A DNA stretch of 56,761 bases, the filler included, from Asterionella formosa (lineage: Eukaryota), in the NCBI GenBank assembly GCA_002256025.1. It is 5 parts of 5 records of this genome, joined end to end, with 100 filler letters (N's around TTAATTAATTAA, not from the genome) between each part and the next. Parts side by side here need not be neighbours in the genome. Positions count along the whole stretch, not along the records: positions 11,383 to 22,661 come from NKIB01008637.1; positions 22,762 to 34,033 come from NKIB01008650.1; 3 more parts are not named here. One strand, written 5' to 3'. Below, piece by piece: positions 11,383 through 23,432 of this stretch. Position 1 is the stretch's first letter. Each line of letters opens with the position of its first letter. The notes under the pieces were generated by a model. It was not told the DNA's origin and did not search any database. It was given only the letters and a program-made list of their open reading frames with translations. The position numbers and the translations under genes were made by a program.

Positions 11383-12812
11383 TAAAATTAATCTGCTTTA
11401 TCATGTGAAGATTGAGCAGTTTTTGCTTTGCTTTTATGTAAACTTGAGAGAAAAGGGCCGGTCGATTCAATTTGTCTTCAAGTGTGACCATTGGTGTGTG
11501 TCTTAGATTCAACAACAATCCTTTGAAGGTGAACAATTATTGACGGTGGATTCAATAAATGACTTTTTTTGGAGTGCGAATGGATTACAGTAGATTTGTA
11601 TGCCCTCCAGCAATTGCCCTTTAGTCCCTTGAAACTGTCAAAACAGAAAGCTTTGGTTGCCTGTTGGGGATAGTGTAGGATCTCAGCGACTTTGTTACTG
11701 AAACGCACAAAGTCATATTGACTTGACTAAATAAATAACGATACGACATCAAATATTATTTACTAGGTGGTCGAAATGTCCCCCTTTAAATATTGTAGTT
11801 ACAATATGATGATATCGAGGAAATGATGCCTTAGCATAGTATGTCCTTACGCTATGAATCGACCAAACCCAAAAGCTCTTTGAAGTTGTGACGTCATTAA
11901 ACGTCAATGAGGGAGTCAGTCATTGAAAGGCAAAAGTCGAAGTAAAGGAAAATGGTATTGGAGCAAAACAAAGTGGCTAAAATATTTTTGTACTTTCGAC
12001 AACCTGACGCATCATGACGTGAAATGACCCGGAACTTCAATGGGTTTTAAGCTTTTGTTCGATTTCGTGGAGATGCTCCTAAAATCTGAGACGAGGATAA
12101 AACACCCGCAAGTTGCGGTAATTTTGCTGAAACAAAAAGTTTAGCTATCTTTATTCCAGATTTCTTTGTCTATTTAAGCAAAATGACCTCAACTTGTCGG
12201 TACCCATGTTTCTGCACTCGCTCAGCCATTATTGAAGGATGACTCCTCTTATATACCCTGATTGCATATATCTTGCTACCGTTACTCAATTTGAAGTCCT
12301 GCAGCAGAGGTGACCTGACCGATTCGAAATACCGGTAATTCCGAAAACGTGGAAAGTGAAACAACATACCGCTACTAAGCTAATGCCGATTGAAGTTTGT
12401 CAGTAGTCTACCAGTAGTCGACTGGTGAGTCTACGTCGCACTTTGGTCGAGGGCTACCGGTAACACTGGTACCCCCGCAGTTACACATCGCGAGGTCTGT
12501 TTTTCCAAAATAGTTTTATAATGTACTTGAATCTACACATGCCGTACAAATAAAATAGTTATAGGTTAAATTAGCTTTCACCAAAACGACCAGTTTGCAT
12601 ACCGTATACTTCATTGTCCTGGACCCCCCCTGGTATTGCTGGACCCCCCTGTACTTTTTTCGAGGTGGCACCAAACACCCAATAATTTTCTAGACATAGA
12701 CAAAGTAACGTGCTATGATTCTGATGTTTGTGGTGGACATTGAATGACGCTACTATTATAAACTACCAGTAATATCGGTACTACCAATGCATACTACCAG
12801 TACATATTAATC

Positions 12813-13223
12813 ATGTCAACAACAAGTTCAGCAACAATCAACAGCCACCAAGATGGGGAGTTGCTTGGACTGAATGCTTCCAGCAATGGGCACTCATGTG
12901 AGCAACATGAATGCTGCAGGAAAGCGGTTAAGGCTGATGATGTGATCAGGTTCAAGCTGGCTGTTGTTGAGGATGTATTGGGCAAGCCATTGGAGATGAT
13001 CAAGGATGTCCTCATCAAGGATGGCATGGAACATTGCACTGTTGGGTTTCTGGGCAGAGAAGTTGCAGCATTGCCTGCACAATGGAGCAAGTACATCAAC
13101 AACTTTGCGCAGGTGCTAGAACTGTATGATGACAATGAAGATTCTATGATGAGAAAGAAGAGCAAGAGGAATGCCGGAATGGCTTCATTCCGCTTGATGG
13201 AGGATATTCAAGGCCAGGAGTAG
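12813..13223 (+). CDS. Transposon-borne 136-aa ORF of unknown function (CxxHxCC motif; possible HIRAN-like beta fold)
   Basis: ATG-to-TAG open frame, more GC-rich than its flanks, with protein-like composition. Motifs GELLGL..SNGHSCEQHECC, DDVIRFKL, HCTVGFLGR, FAQVLELY. Lies inside the TIRs, convergent to the transposase. Confidence 0.7.
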   Translation: MSTTSSATINSHQDGELLGLNASSNGHSCEQHECCRKAVKADDVIRFKLAVVEDVLGKPLEMIKDVLIKDGMEHCTVGFLGREVAALPAQWSKYINNFAQVLELYDDNEDSMMRKKSKRNAGMASFRLMEDIQGQE

Positions 13224-13429
13224 ATTCGATTGTAGCAGTCCTCAATAACGGTATAGAAATGCATTCTATACTATGTATTATAATATTGTAGAACAGTCAA
13301 TAGACTCTAGAGTTGTTTTCGAATCGTAAATTACAACTTGAGCTATTTAACATTAAAGCTATGGAATTGCTTCTACTAATCAACAATATAAGAATAGAGC
13401 ATGCTTAAACAGACTATAAAATTATGTTT

Positions 13430-14599
13430 CTAGTCACATGCTACACTTTTTGAATAAAATAGAGTCATCAATGGCTTGCAATGTAACCAACCGCATTCCA
13501 AGTGTTCAAGATTGTTGATTGACAACCTCAGCCAAGCTGTCCAAACCCACTGAGCGACAGCCTGTCGCTTCACCTTCGTACCATGAGGATGGGCGACCAT
13601 CCAGTCCTCAGAGGCATTCCTAACAAAACCCTTAAAGGGCTTGTTTACTACAAATTGAAGTTTTGATGTGTAGCCACCACAAATGAAGTCCACAGCAGTG
13701 CCACAATCCTTAATTACATTGAGGCTCATCGCCATCAAATGCACCTGGAACTCGTCCATCAGGAGGTAGCTTGATTGAGAATCATGGCTGATTTTCCATG
13801 GTTTCCAGACTTCCCGAATCCAAAGCGCAAACACCGACTCATCGACCCATGCCTTTGCCTGACAACAAATAAACCATCTGTGGGGGATAAGCAAACTGTT
13901 GATTGTTGAATTCTCGCTGGATCCTGGCATCATGTACTCCTTTGAAAACAACAAGAGGAGAGCAAGCTTCTCTCCAGACATGGTAGTAACACCCAACAAC
14001 ACTGTGCAATGCATGCTGCTGCCATTGGTGCGTAAACTGATGGTTTTTGCACCTTTATCAGCTAGTGTGAGCCCACCTGCCATATCGAAATAAATGTTTG
14101 TCTCATCTATATTTACGATACTAGCACGATGATACCACCCTTCAAGAAACTGTGTGTTTATGTACTGGAGATACTCCTGCATGACACTCAGAACATAGCG
14201 CATGTTTCGTGCCTTGCGGGTGATATGACGATACACGATGTTTTGGGATGTGCACCAACAAGCTACATGCTGTTGAATAACGCTCAAGCTGACAACATGT
14301 CCCAAAAAGCGCTTCAGCTCAGCAGCAAGCAACATGATCGAACAAGCGCGATCATCACCACGAAGCTGATCACACAAGAGACGAATCGCCTCAAATTCAG
14401 CTACACTATTGCTACACGGCTTGCCTAAATGATAAGCTTGTTTTTTCAGTAGAAGACGACCCTCATCCAACCACATACCTTCTACATCAGAATAACGATT
14501 GTCGAAATCATGAAAGTTAGCTTTCCAGCGCCGAATATTGCTGGCGCCGATACTTACGTGCAACAGCCTCAATGATGCCGGGGAGTTCCCATGCTTCAT
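13430..14599 (-). pseudogene. pogo/CENP-B-like DDE_1 transposase, degenerate
   Basis: NIDETNIYFDM (first D), AWVDE, LLMDEFQVH (second D), GGYTSKLQFVVNKPFK (the expected QPLDxxVNKPFK lacks its third Asp). Apparent local frameshifted stretch at LLLLFSKEYMM. Confidence 0.88.
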
Positions 14600-15464
14600 C
14601 CACTATGTCGCGCTTTTCTTGCAAGGTGAAGAACTTTCTCATTTTTCAATTTTCGGAAACAGTGATCATATTAACAAATATTAGAAAATGCGCGCCATCC
14701 TGTGGAACTAATAAAATTAAATTAGGACTCGTATAAGGGAAAACACTTCATTGTCCTGGACCCCCCTAAGAAAATTAAGCAAATTCAGTCACGGCAGTGT
14801 ACATTGGGGGGTCCAGGACAATGAAGTATACGGTATGCTTAGATACAGCCAGTCATTCTTCGACTTGGGGTATGATCTATTTTCAGAAATGGCAAGGACC
14901 CCATTTCTGGAGAGAAGTGGCAGTTTCCCTCTTGGAATCGTAAATCTACGAGGAATAACTGCCACTTCTCTGCAGAAGTTAATACCTGACAACATTATAG
15001 GGTACACGGCTATCTACTTCATTCTTCATGAAACCTTTTAGATGTAGTAGAGCAATCCTCCTCCAAAAAGTCGACCTGATTGGCTCTTTCAACAGTCGCC
15101 AAAATATTGGAGTCAGAATTTTATGGTGCAAAACGTTCTCGTATACTTGTTATTACGGACAGGGATGGACGTGATGATGGAGTTAGTATCTTACCGAGTG
15201 AGCACTGAGTGATCAAAGCTGAGATATTAATATAGCGACAACGCGACTATTAAGTTCTAGCTTTTAGAGTTGAATCGAACAACCAAGAGTGAGCAGCTAA
15301 GACATGGGAAGGAGACAGCAATCAAGTGAGGTTAAACAAGTGAATTAGTGCAAGGGTGAAGCACACAATTCTTTGAATAACAATTCAGAGAAGCAGTCTA
15401 AAGCATCGCCAAGCCTTTCGCAATTTATAGTCTAAAATCAATAAACAACATCTCTAGCAACAAC

Positions 15465-17400
15465 ATGATTCTTGCAAACATCTGGAAGAACTATTTTAAT
15501 GATACTCTCGCCGCTTGAAACAATCTATTGACCAAGTTTCACCACTTTGCAACCTTGCTTGAGCACGCAACCACGCCAGAATTCCGTCAAACCCTCTTCA
15601 CCAACACCATCTTTAAATTCCATGCCTTGATCGTCCCTCTTGACCATAAAGTCCATTTTTGCCACAATCTTAGCGTCCTCACAGGCAACAATTGGGGTCA
15701 GTTGGCGCTGGTCTATGTAGCCCACCTCAAATTGGGATCTATCGCCCAACCAGTGGTTTTCGAAACAATCAAAAACGCTTTCGCAGCAATCACGACCACC
15801 ATTCCCAACTACAACGCCCTTCATGATCATGCCATCACTCCGGAACAACTCAGCACTTTGCACCTCACGGTGGCTACTGTGATGACCACCAACATCAACC
15901 ATTTTGTCCAAGTCCCGCCTTTCCTGTTCAACTTCTCCTGACAACCAGTTACACCGATGACCCAGCTGAACTCTTTTCCTCGCTCGACTTGCAGTCAAAA
16001 CATTCGCGGAAAACCAGGCAAGCCTTAGCACCACCCAAACCGACGACGAAAAGGCAGCGATCCGCAAACAAGTGTACGCATCCGCAGAGTATTTTTTGAG
16101 TTTTCTCTACACCGTGAAGATGGTACCAAACCAAATGACACATGAAATAATGGATTGGAGTACCATGCTACATCGCATGCACATCAACTCGCCCAAGATT
16201 CAACAGACGGACTGCGCGAAAACAACCAGACCCACAAAAACTGACATCAGCAACTCACGTGACGAAAGTATGGTGCAGGTAGATGCAGCACTAGTGAACG
16301 CTGCTTTGAACCTAGCTACAAACACAGGCAGGATTGTGGAAGCCAGGTCTTATAACACTCCATCTCCTTCTAGGCCCTGGGAAAAACAACCTAAATTCCT
16401 CCAAGATCAGATCCTTTGTTTAATGGCAGCTCATAATGACGACATCATTACAGAGCCCATTCAATCCCTTGCTACATTCCTCTTGCTCAAATCGAATACA
16501 TCCGCAGCACAGCAATTTATGGCAGAGTACCTACAATCCATTCTAAACTGTCAAGATCTACGTTTAGATCCATTTACAACTCTGTGCATTAGCCAATTAC
16601 AGTTTAATTACGACCCGACCAAAGGACCTTTGTGCATCAGCCTTTTCAAACTGCCCTCGGAGTCGAATAACATGATGGTGTCTTCGTCAGATACAGAGAT
16701 CATTTCCAACACCACCATCGATGCAGCAGGAGACAGTGACCGCTACAATCAGATCATGAAATGTTTGAGTGACAAGAAATTGTTGATTGTTGCAAAGACG
16801 GTTACAGATTTTGAAACAACCATTAAGAACTTTCACTGCTGACCAATTGTGCACATGCCTAATCCATATCGAGGCAAATAGCGCCACCTATCGGCATTGC
16901 TCCAATCTCGATTTTCGCTATTTCACACCAACACCAGATCGCTGCCGGAAATCCCATAATCTCACCACTTCATCCATGGGTTGCCGCACTTTTTCTACAT
17001 TCCAAACATACTCAGGAAGATCAATTTGCTATTGCAGACACCAACAACAAGGAAACAGACATAAACAGCAGGAAAAAAACCACCAACAAAACACAAATTT
17101 CATCCAAGGCAGAGCAGTCACTAACCCGCAAGCCGACATCCTTTTTCGACTTCCAACAGGCATCTTCTATTGGGACGCTTTTCCGCCCTCAGTTCGTCGA
17201 AAGGCACCCAGAGCATTCAGTTAACAGTTGACAACAAAAAGGCATTTGCAACATGTTTCACCAAGGCCATTCACGATGTCACATCGACCACACCACACAG
17301 TTCAAACACATCAAATTGACTAGGGCACACCCAAATAGTCCCTGTAATGCATTCAGTAATAAAGCATTTAACAGTCTATTGCGTTTCATCATCAATAGTA
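15465..17400 (+). pseudogene. Fragmented ORF1/Gag-like coding remnant, possibly of a tyrosine-recombinase (DIRS/Ngaro-like) retroelement
   Basis: About 1.9 kb chain of + strand ORF fragments with coding-like composition, ending FRLPTGIFYWDAFPP...CNMFHQGHSRCHIDH (decayed Cys/His knuckle). No RT or recombinase follows. The family call is from recollection only. Confidence 0.4.
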
Positions 17401-19267
17401 GCGCACAAGATCGAGATGACGACAATTCCAGAACTTACCATCGCTGAGTCAGGAAAGATTCATCCATCCGATATCTCAAAATTATTAACCACATCACGCA
17501 CTAAGTTCTTCGCATGTATACGCACGAGATCAGAATATGGATTTAGCACATTGTATCAGGAATCTTTTTCGTGTAATAATTATCATAAATTACGTCTGCA
17601 AATAAAAAGTATCATGCATATAGGATCAAGGGTATTGTACGCTAAGTGGCACAGGATTTTCGTATATATGATAATTTTTGGATCAAAGATATGATCAAGG
17701 TATCTTGTAACTATGATGATTTATTAATATTTTACCGACCTTGAAGTATAATGATAATAAGAACATTATCATCACACAATGTAAATAAACTGATCAACAA
17801 CATTTCCCATCAATATCATAAACCTTCTCATATTATTTTCACTTCTCGTGATCGCCCAATGTAAATTATAACTACAACGTATCCTAAAACCAGCTCAACT
17901 CTATGCTATCATGTGAATTATTTCATTGTAAATCTATCGTAAGCATGATCATAATTCTAATCACAAGCATTGTTCAAAATAGATTGAAATGGATCGTAAT
18001 TTAACTATCAAATTAAGCAATGCTATCTATTAATCTACATGCCAGCGACCCAACGTTTCTCTCTCTACTCGGCTCAATGTATATTGTTCCTGTCTCACCC
18101 TTTTCTTCCTCTTTTCTGAATCTTGTGCCAAGCAATGCCTTACTAATGTTGTGTCTCTCTCCCTGCTGTTAGTGTCATTGTGAACTCGCCGGCTATTCTG
18201 TTTGATCGGTTTTATTTTCCTATGTATGCAGTTACAGTAACAATGAGAAGGAATGATTTGTTAGCTAGTCATGTTTCATTGACACAAGAACACGCAATTC
18301 CATCGTATTCTCTTGCTTCACTTACCACAAATCAATGCAACTGATGCATAAGTCTGTAATAGTAACTTGTCAGTAAATTCTTGAATAAGTAAGTTTCGGG
18401 TATCCAATGTTGTCGAATAAAACTTACCGGTTCATTTTTGTCATCTTAACTTTGAAAGAGCGAAGGTAAACTTTTTGTTAGTTTTGTTCCAACAGAAGTG
18501 AATCGGTCCAACGAGCGACAATAGCACTTACGCAATTTGGTTTGTTTTACATTGGTGCTCCCCAACAAGCGAAACGAGCAGTTGAATCAACTGAGAAAAA
18601 GGAAATGTGCGTTTAGTGAACAATTTTTTGTTGTCCTGCCTCCCAACGATTGTCATCCAAGTACCACATTGATGGCTTCATTACCTTAAACATTCTCCAT
18701 CCTTCGAAGGCGCAATGTGTCGAAGTCACAAAGTTTTTCGTTATGTATTGCGTAAACTTTCTTTTCTTGTCATGTGCTTTACTACGACGTATCTTTTCAT
18801 GAAGCAGTAGGCATTGTTTGTTAACATGACAGAACGATTTCAAAAATATATATGCCATGAATATAGAAATAAAATTTGTATATATATATATATATTAAGT
18901 GTTGTACATTTATAAAATTCAAAGGCGCTCTCGATATGGAACATCTGATATGGTTGAGATGATCATACTCGCATATACATAATTCGAAAATACTCAATGC
19001 ACTATATGTCCATTATTTTCCACGACTACGTGTACTGGTATTATTTCTGAAATTTGTTTGCATCGATATTTTCTACATCCGTTGAAACTAATTATTTAGA
19101 CCATTCAATTGGTGTAAGTCATAACCGCCAGGGGTTTGGTAGCAAATTGTTTAAGCCCCTTTTTTGGTTGGGAGCTCTTCATGTGTACCGGTACATCATA
19201 TGACAATAACAATATATCATATATATACAGAGTACCAGTAACAGGTAGTAAGTGATATACTGGGGGT

Positions 19268-19545
19268 AGACGGAGTAGTAAACTAGCAACAGAACACCAT
19301 ATGTTCAGGACTGTTGCTACTGCAGTGGGACAGTAAATCATCATAGTTTTAGGATCATATGATCGTAAAACTAAAAACCAATAGAACACCATATGTTCAG
19401 GACTGTTGCTACTGCAGTGGGACAGTAAATCATCATAGTTTTAGGATCATATGATTGTAAAACTAAAAACCAATAGTCGGAGTAATAAGCAAGCAAAAGA
19501 ACACCATATGTCTATGACTGCTGCTACTGCAGCGGGACAGTAAAT
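19268..19545. repeat. Tandem repeat: two near-identical 92-bp units plus a diverged partial third
   Basis: AGAACACCATATGTTCAGGACTGTTGCTACTGCAGTGGGACAGTAAAT... starts at 19291 and 19383; diverged copy at about 19498. Confidence 0.92.
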
Positions 19546-20365
19546 GAATTTAAGATCATCAAACTTTAAGGAAGACAACGACAACAGTTATCAAGTAGTA
19601 CAATGTCTTCAAGAAACCATAAAGAGGTTCATGGAAACAAGCGACATGTGGCAAATACTGCCGGTATGAAACAAAGAAGCAAGTTCCAAAATGAGTTTAC
19701 AAAGAAAAAGCGAATAGGCAATTATCCAAAGCAACCCAATTGGCGATTGGGAGACGTTGGGGCTAGTACCCCATCGTTGATGGGGACACCATCAGCTACT
19801 AGTACAAAGGATCCCGTAATTGATACTGACAGCGATGACGACGTTTCTACTTCATTTATTGATACAAGAAAATTGGCTCCTGTTGATGATACCATTAATA
19901 ACTCCCGGATGGAGATGGACGACATGGAATGAAACATTACCCTCATCTGATTAGGAAGTTCGGATCTCCTCTTAATTTCTTTGGTGGATATTTGGAGTCT
20001 TTTTTGAAAGACAAATTGAAACGACCCAGTAAGCGTGTGAACGGACAATTACATCGATTAAAGCATGACATTTTAACAAAGGTCATATGAAACAAGGCAG
20101 TTTGAAAAAAAAGAAGATGAGTAGAGAAAATACCATCAATGTAAATGAGGGTATTTCAACAGAAATTGATTTCGAAGGAATGATTCCGGATACAATGATG
20201 TTGCCTAGTAAGTCACCTGAAAATTTGGGAATATCGCCTACCAAAATCCATTCACCAGCCCTTCCTGTTTAAGTTCAATTTTCTGCTTCATCATCAAATG
20301 GTCTATGAACTATAGCAGGTGTCCCTAATAAGAATGGGCATGTATCACGGAGTAAGGATGCACCC

Positions 20366-20960
20366 TTGTCACAATTGGTTCATCCTGATTTACCGAAGGG
20401 GGCCAACTACATAAAGAGCATTGCGAATTCAGCAATAGAAATAGCAAGAATCAAAAGTCTTGAAGATGGGGTTGGGCCTGTTTCCATTGTAAGGATTGAC
20501 TTTAATTATCATGTTAAAATTGAAAGTAACATTCCCGGCCAAACTACTATTTTCAGATGCCATCCGAAATGGAATAATGATTCAAATATAGGAATATCTG
20601 GTCGTGAATGGTTTGACTGGGTCGAAGTGAACTGGGAGAAGGGAGATGGATCAAGTTCCTACACAGTTCCTGCAAAACTACTTCTTTCGGGAAATGTTAT
20701 TTTCTCCAACACAACAACCATTCTCTTAGCATGTATTCGTTCCTTGAAAAGTTCAACTGAAATGAAAATTCATAAACGTATTTTTTTGTAAGAGGAGACA
20801 CATTATGCAATGATACAACTGAATTGAACGTTTTTGAATTTCATAACATACTTTCGGCAGCATTTGTTGTTCCTGCTTTGAAACCACAGGAATCAAGGAA
20901 ATCTCTGAAACCGCAAGAAGTTTTGGAACAGATACGGAAAGATAATTTTTATGTTGCCAT
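20366..20960 (+). pseudogene. C-terminal fragment of a putative Plavaka/CMC-like transposase
   Basis: IFRCHPKW...GREWFDWVEVNW...VPAKLL resembles the RxHPxY/W...WxDWxxVxW C-terminal motif of these elements. Broken by stops; no catalytic core visible. Confidence 0.5.
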
Positions 20961-21487
20961 GCCTCCACGTAATTTATGGAAATCAATCGGGTGAAACCAA
21001 AAACTAACAAGCGAACGTTGATAAATATATAAGAATAATATAAATGACAATGGTAACAATATAGTTTCGCATACTAAATTGGTTATTATGAGGTTTTCAC
21101 AAACTACAATGTCCTAAGGAATGATGAGATTGGATGATCCCAATGGTCCATTATTTGTTCTTTTTCACTCCCAAAGAAGGTACATTTATTACTAATTCAA
21201 GGTTGTACCTGGGAAAACAGAGGACGAACGACTGAATAAGATGATGACAGAAGCGTATGATAAAATTAGAATACGATATGAACACGACCCAAGTTGATTT
21301 GAACACCGCCAAGGGCATGTGCGGGAGGAGGATAAATCCTTATTTCTTCTTCCCGTTTGAGTGTTTTGCAAGACGGCAAAAGAGCAATTTTTAATTAGTT
21401 TATATTTAGTTTACATATTTTTTTGTGAAATATCGGGAAACCAAAATTAACACCAAATGGTGTTACATTGACATTCTATGCATGGTA

Positions 21488-21643
21488 TAGTGACCTCATT
21501 ATCAAGATTATGATTGTACCATGAATTATGAGCTACTAGACCTTTATTGTATCCTACTATCAGGCGGTGTGGTAGTGACCTCATTATCAAGACTATGATT
21601 GTACCATGAATTATGAGCTAATAGACCTTTATTGTATCCTACT
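21488..21643. repeat. 71-bp direct tandem duplication (period 85 bp)
   Basis: 21488-21558 versus 21573-21643, 2 mismatches. Confidence 0.92.
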
Positions 21644-22197
21644 GGGCGCGCTCTGATAATAAAAAATTATTATATCATGTGTATTATAACACAAATCGTT
21701 GTACCCATAACCCCAAAATTTGTGTTTGTGTTGACCAAATTTGGTAATCCTGGTAGGCACCCCAACATAAATTTTTTACAGTTATAAATAACAGTGCATT
21801 ATATAAAAAGATGTTTAGACATGAATGATTGTATAGAATTTCCAGTAATATTTCAAGACTTGCTTGCTCATACTCAAAATGGCTTGCTCTTGGCAAAATA
21901 GGTATGCATATACATATGCATATCGTTACATATCAATCAACCTCCTCAATAAATCGATCGTCATCGCTTTTAGATTTCGGTCATGTCTTCATCTTCTTCT
22001 GGTCAAAGGAGAGTAGCCAGGGAGGGCTTCCCTTCCTCTCCAAGGCTGCTTGAACGTCGCCGTCACCAGCAACAAGAAAAACAACAGATTCAACCAGAAG
22101 AAGAGGAGGAGGACGACGACGAGAATGAAGATGACACTGGTGCTGATTAGTTTGTCAGTGATGATGAGGACAGTAGGATAGGTGTCCCAGGTGTTTC

Positions 22198-22661
22198 TCA
22201 GATTGGTGTTTCTGGAAGTGCGTATTTCTGATTGATCATGGTTGCAAACAAGGTGTCTTCGTCTGCAGTAGGCAGTCTCGCAACGGCATCTTCATGTGTC
22301 AGCAGTACTTTTAGAATTATTCGCCTTGAAAACCTCAACCAAACACTCAAAGAACCATGAGTTGATCCGAAAATAATCTGAAGAATCATATAGGAACCAC
22401 GAGTCCTGGTCCATGCTAACCCAAGCGCTAGACAACTGATGGAACAGAGGTATCTTTGCCGACCTTTCTTTGTTGTTGAATTTCTAACAATGAAATCCGT
22501 ATTTTTCCTACAGGGAGTGAAGGAATAAAAACAAGGTTTGAACAGCTGGTGTAGGAGCTCGAAAGAAGCATGGTCAAACCCACACAAGGTAATCAGAGCA
22601 TCATCATGCTTGCTGTTGAACAAAGTCCAGAATGGACTCGATAATGGATGCTGTAGTGCGT
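22198..22661 (-). pseudogene. N-terminal fragment of a PIF/Harbinger-ISL2EU (DDE_Tnp_4/HARBI1-like) transposase
   Basis: DDALITLCGFDHASFELL..LF.P.F...TP...GRQR...CLALGLAWTRTRGS...LQIIFG.T....SVWLRF, the HTH region that precedes the DDE core. The core itself is absent. A possible element end is GGGCGCGCTCTGATAATA at 21644. Confidence 0.75.
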
Positions 22662-22761
22662 NNNNNNNNNNNNNNNNNNNNNNNNNNNNNNNNNNNNNNN
22701 NNNNNTTAATTAATTAANNNNNNNNNNNNNNNNNNNNNNNNNNNNNNNNNNNNNNNNNNNN
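22662..22761. other. Artificial 100-bp scaffold linker
   Basis: N44-TTAATTAATTAA-N44. Confidence 0.98.
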
Positions 22762-23045
22762 ACTGGTTCCTGGTACCAGGGTACCACTTCCTGCTACTCC
22801 GGAGGACGGGGCTGGCTTCCAGGTACCAAGTGCCAGGCTCCCGTGTTGGTACCAGGTACCAGGAACCTGGGACAGTACTTGGTACCTTATACCCGTACCA
22901 CCTTGCACTTTGATTACCAGGTAGGTAGGTACCTTGTACCAGGTACCAGCTGCCATACTCACCGTGCGTCCCTGGGACTGTTATCCATACCGTGTATACC
23001 AGTACTGGTACCTGGTACCAGGTACGAGGTACCTTGTAGCTGGTA
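22762..23045. repeat. GGTACC/CTGGTACCAG-rich low-complexity palindromic tract
   Basis: About ten GGTACC or near-GGTACC motifs in about 280 bp. Confidence 0.85.
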
Positions 23046-23432
23046 GCAAATGTTTCTTTTGGTTGAGTATCGACCGTGTACATACAATATGGTGGAACCA
23101 AGGGCTATAATCAAGTCGTCCTTCAAAGAATGCCAGACAACCAAGAAAAGGAATTGGCAGTTTATATACAAACATGCTACCAATGTGCAGGCTTTCCAAC
23201 ATTGAATTATATACACGAATGAAGCTCAATATAAAAATTCAAATACTGAATTCAAATTTGTGATGTTCGTTATCAAAGGAGTATACCGGTTTATGTTGGC
23301 CGGTCTGGTAAGCCGTGAAAGTGATACCAGGTACTACTGCCGGAATGCACTCCTTCTTTCTTTATACCAGTAATAGGTTGACTGTTGGTTGTGAAAATTG
23401 TTTCCCACATATCCAAGAAAACTGAAGGAGAA

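Larger units (their letters stand above)
12602..14833 (-). mobile_element. Full-length-bounded pogo-like (Tc1/mariner superfamily) DNA transposon, 2232 bp, with two ORFs
   Basis: Perfect 28-bp TIRs CCGTATACTTCATTGTCCTGGACCCCCC (12602-12629 / 14806-14833). TA on both flanks (12600-12601, 14834-14835). Extra internal TIR-core copies at 12639-12649 and 14745-14766. Confidence 0.95.

Noticed and set aside
19268..19545. CRISPR-like array
   Set aside because: Whole units are duplicated with no unique spacers; eukaryotic context; no cas genes
22706..23229. ORFs rich in VPGT/WYQV
   Set aside because: Translation by-products of the GGTACC repeat tract
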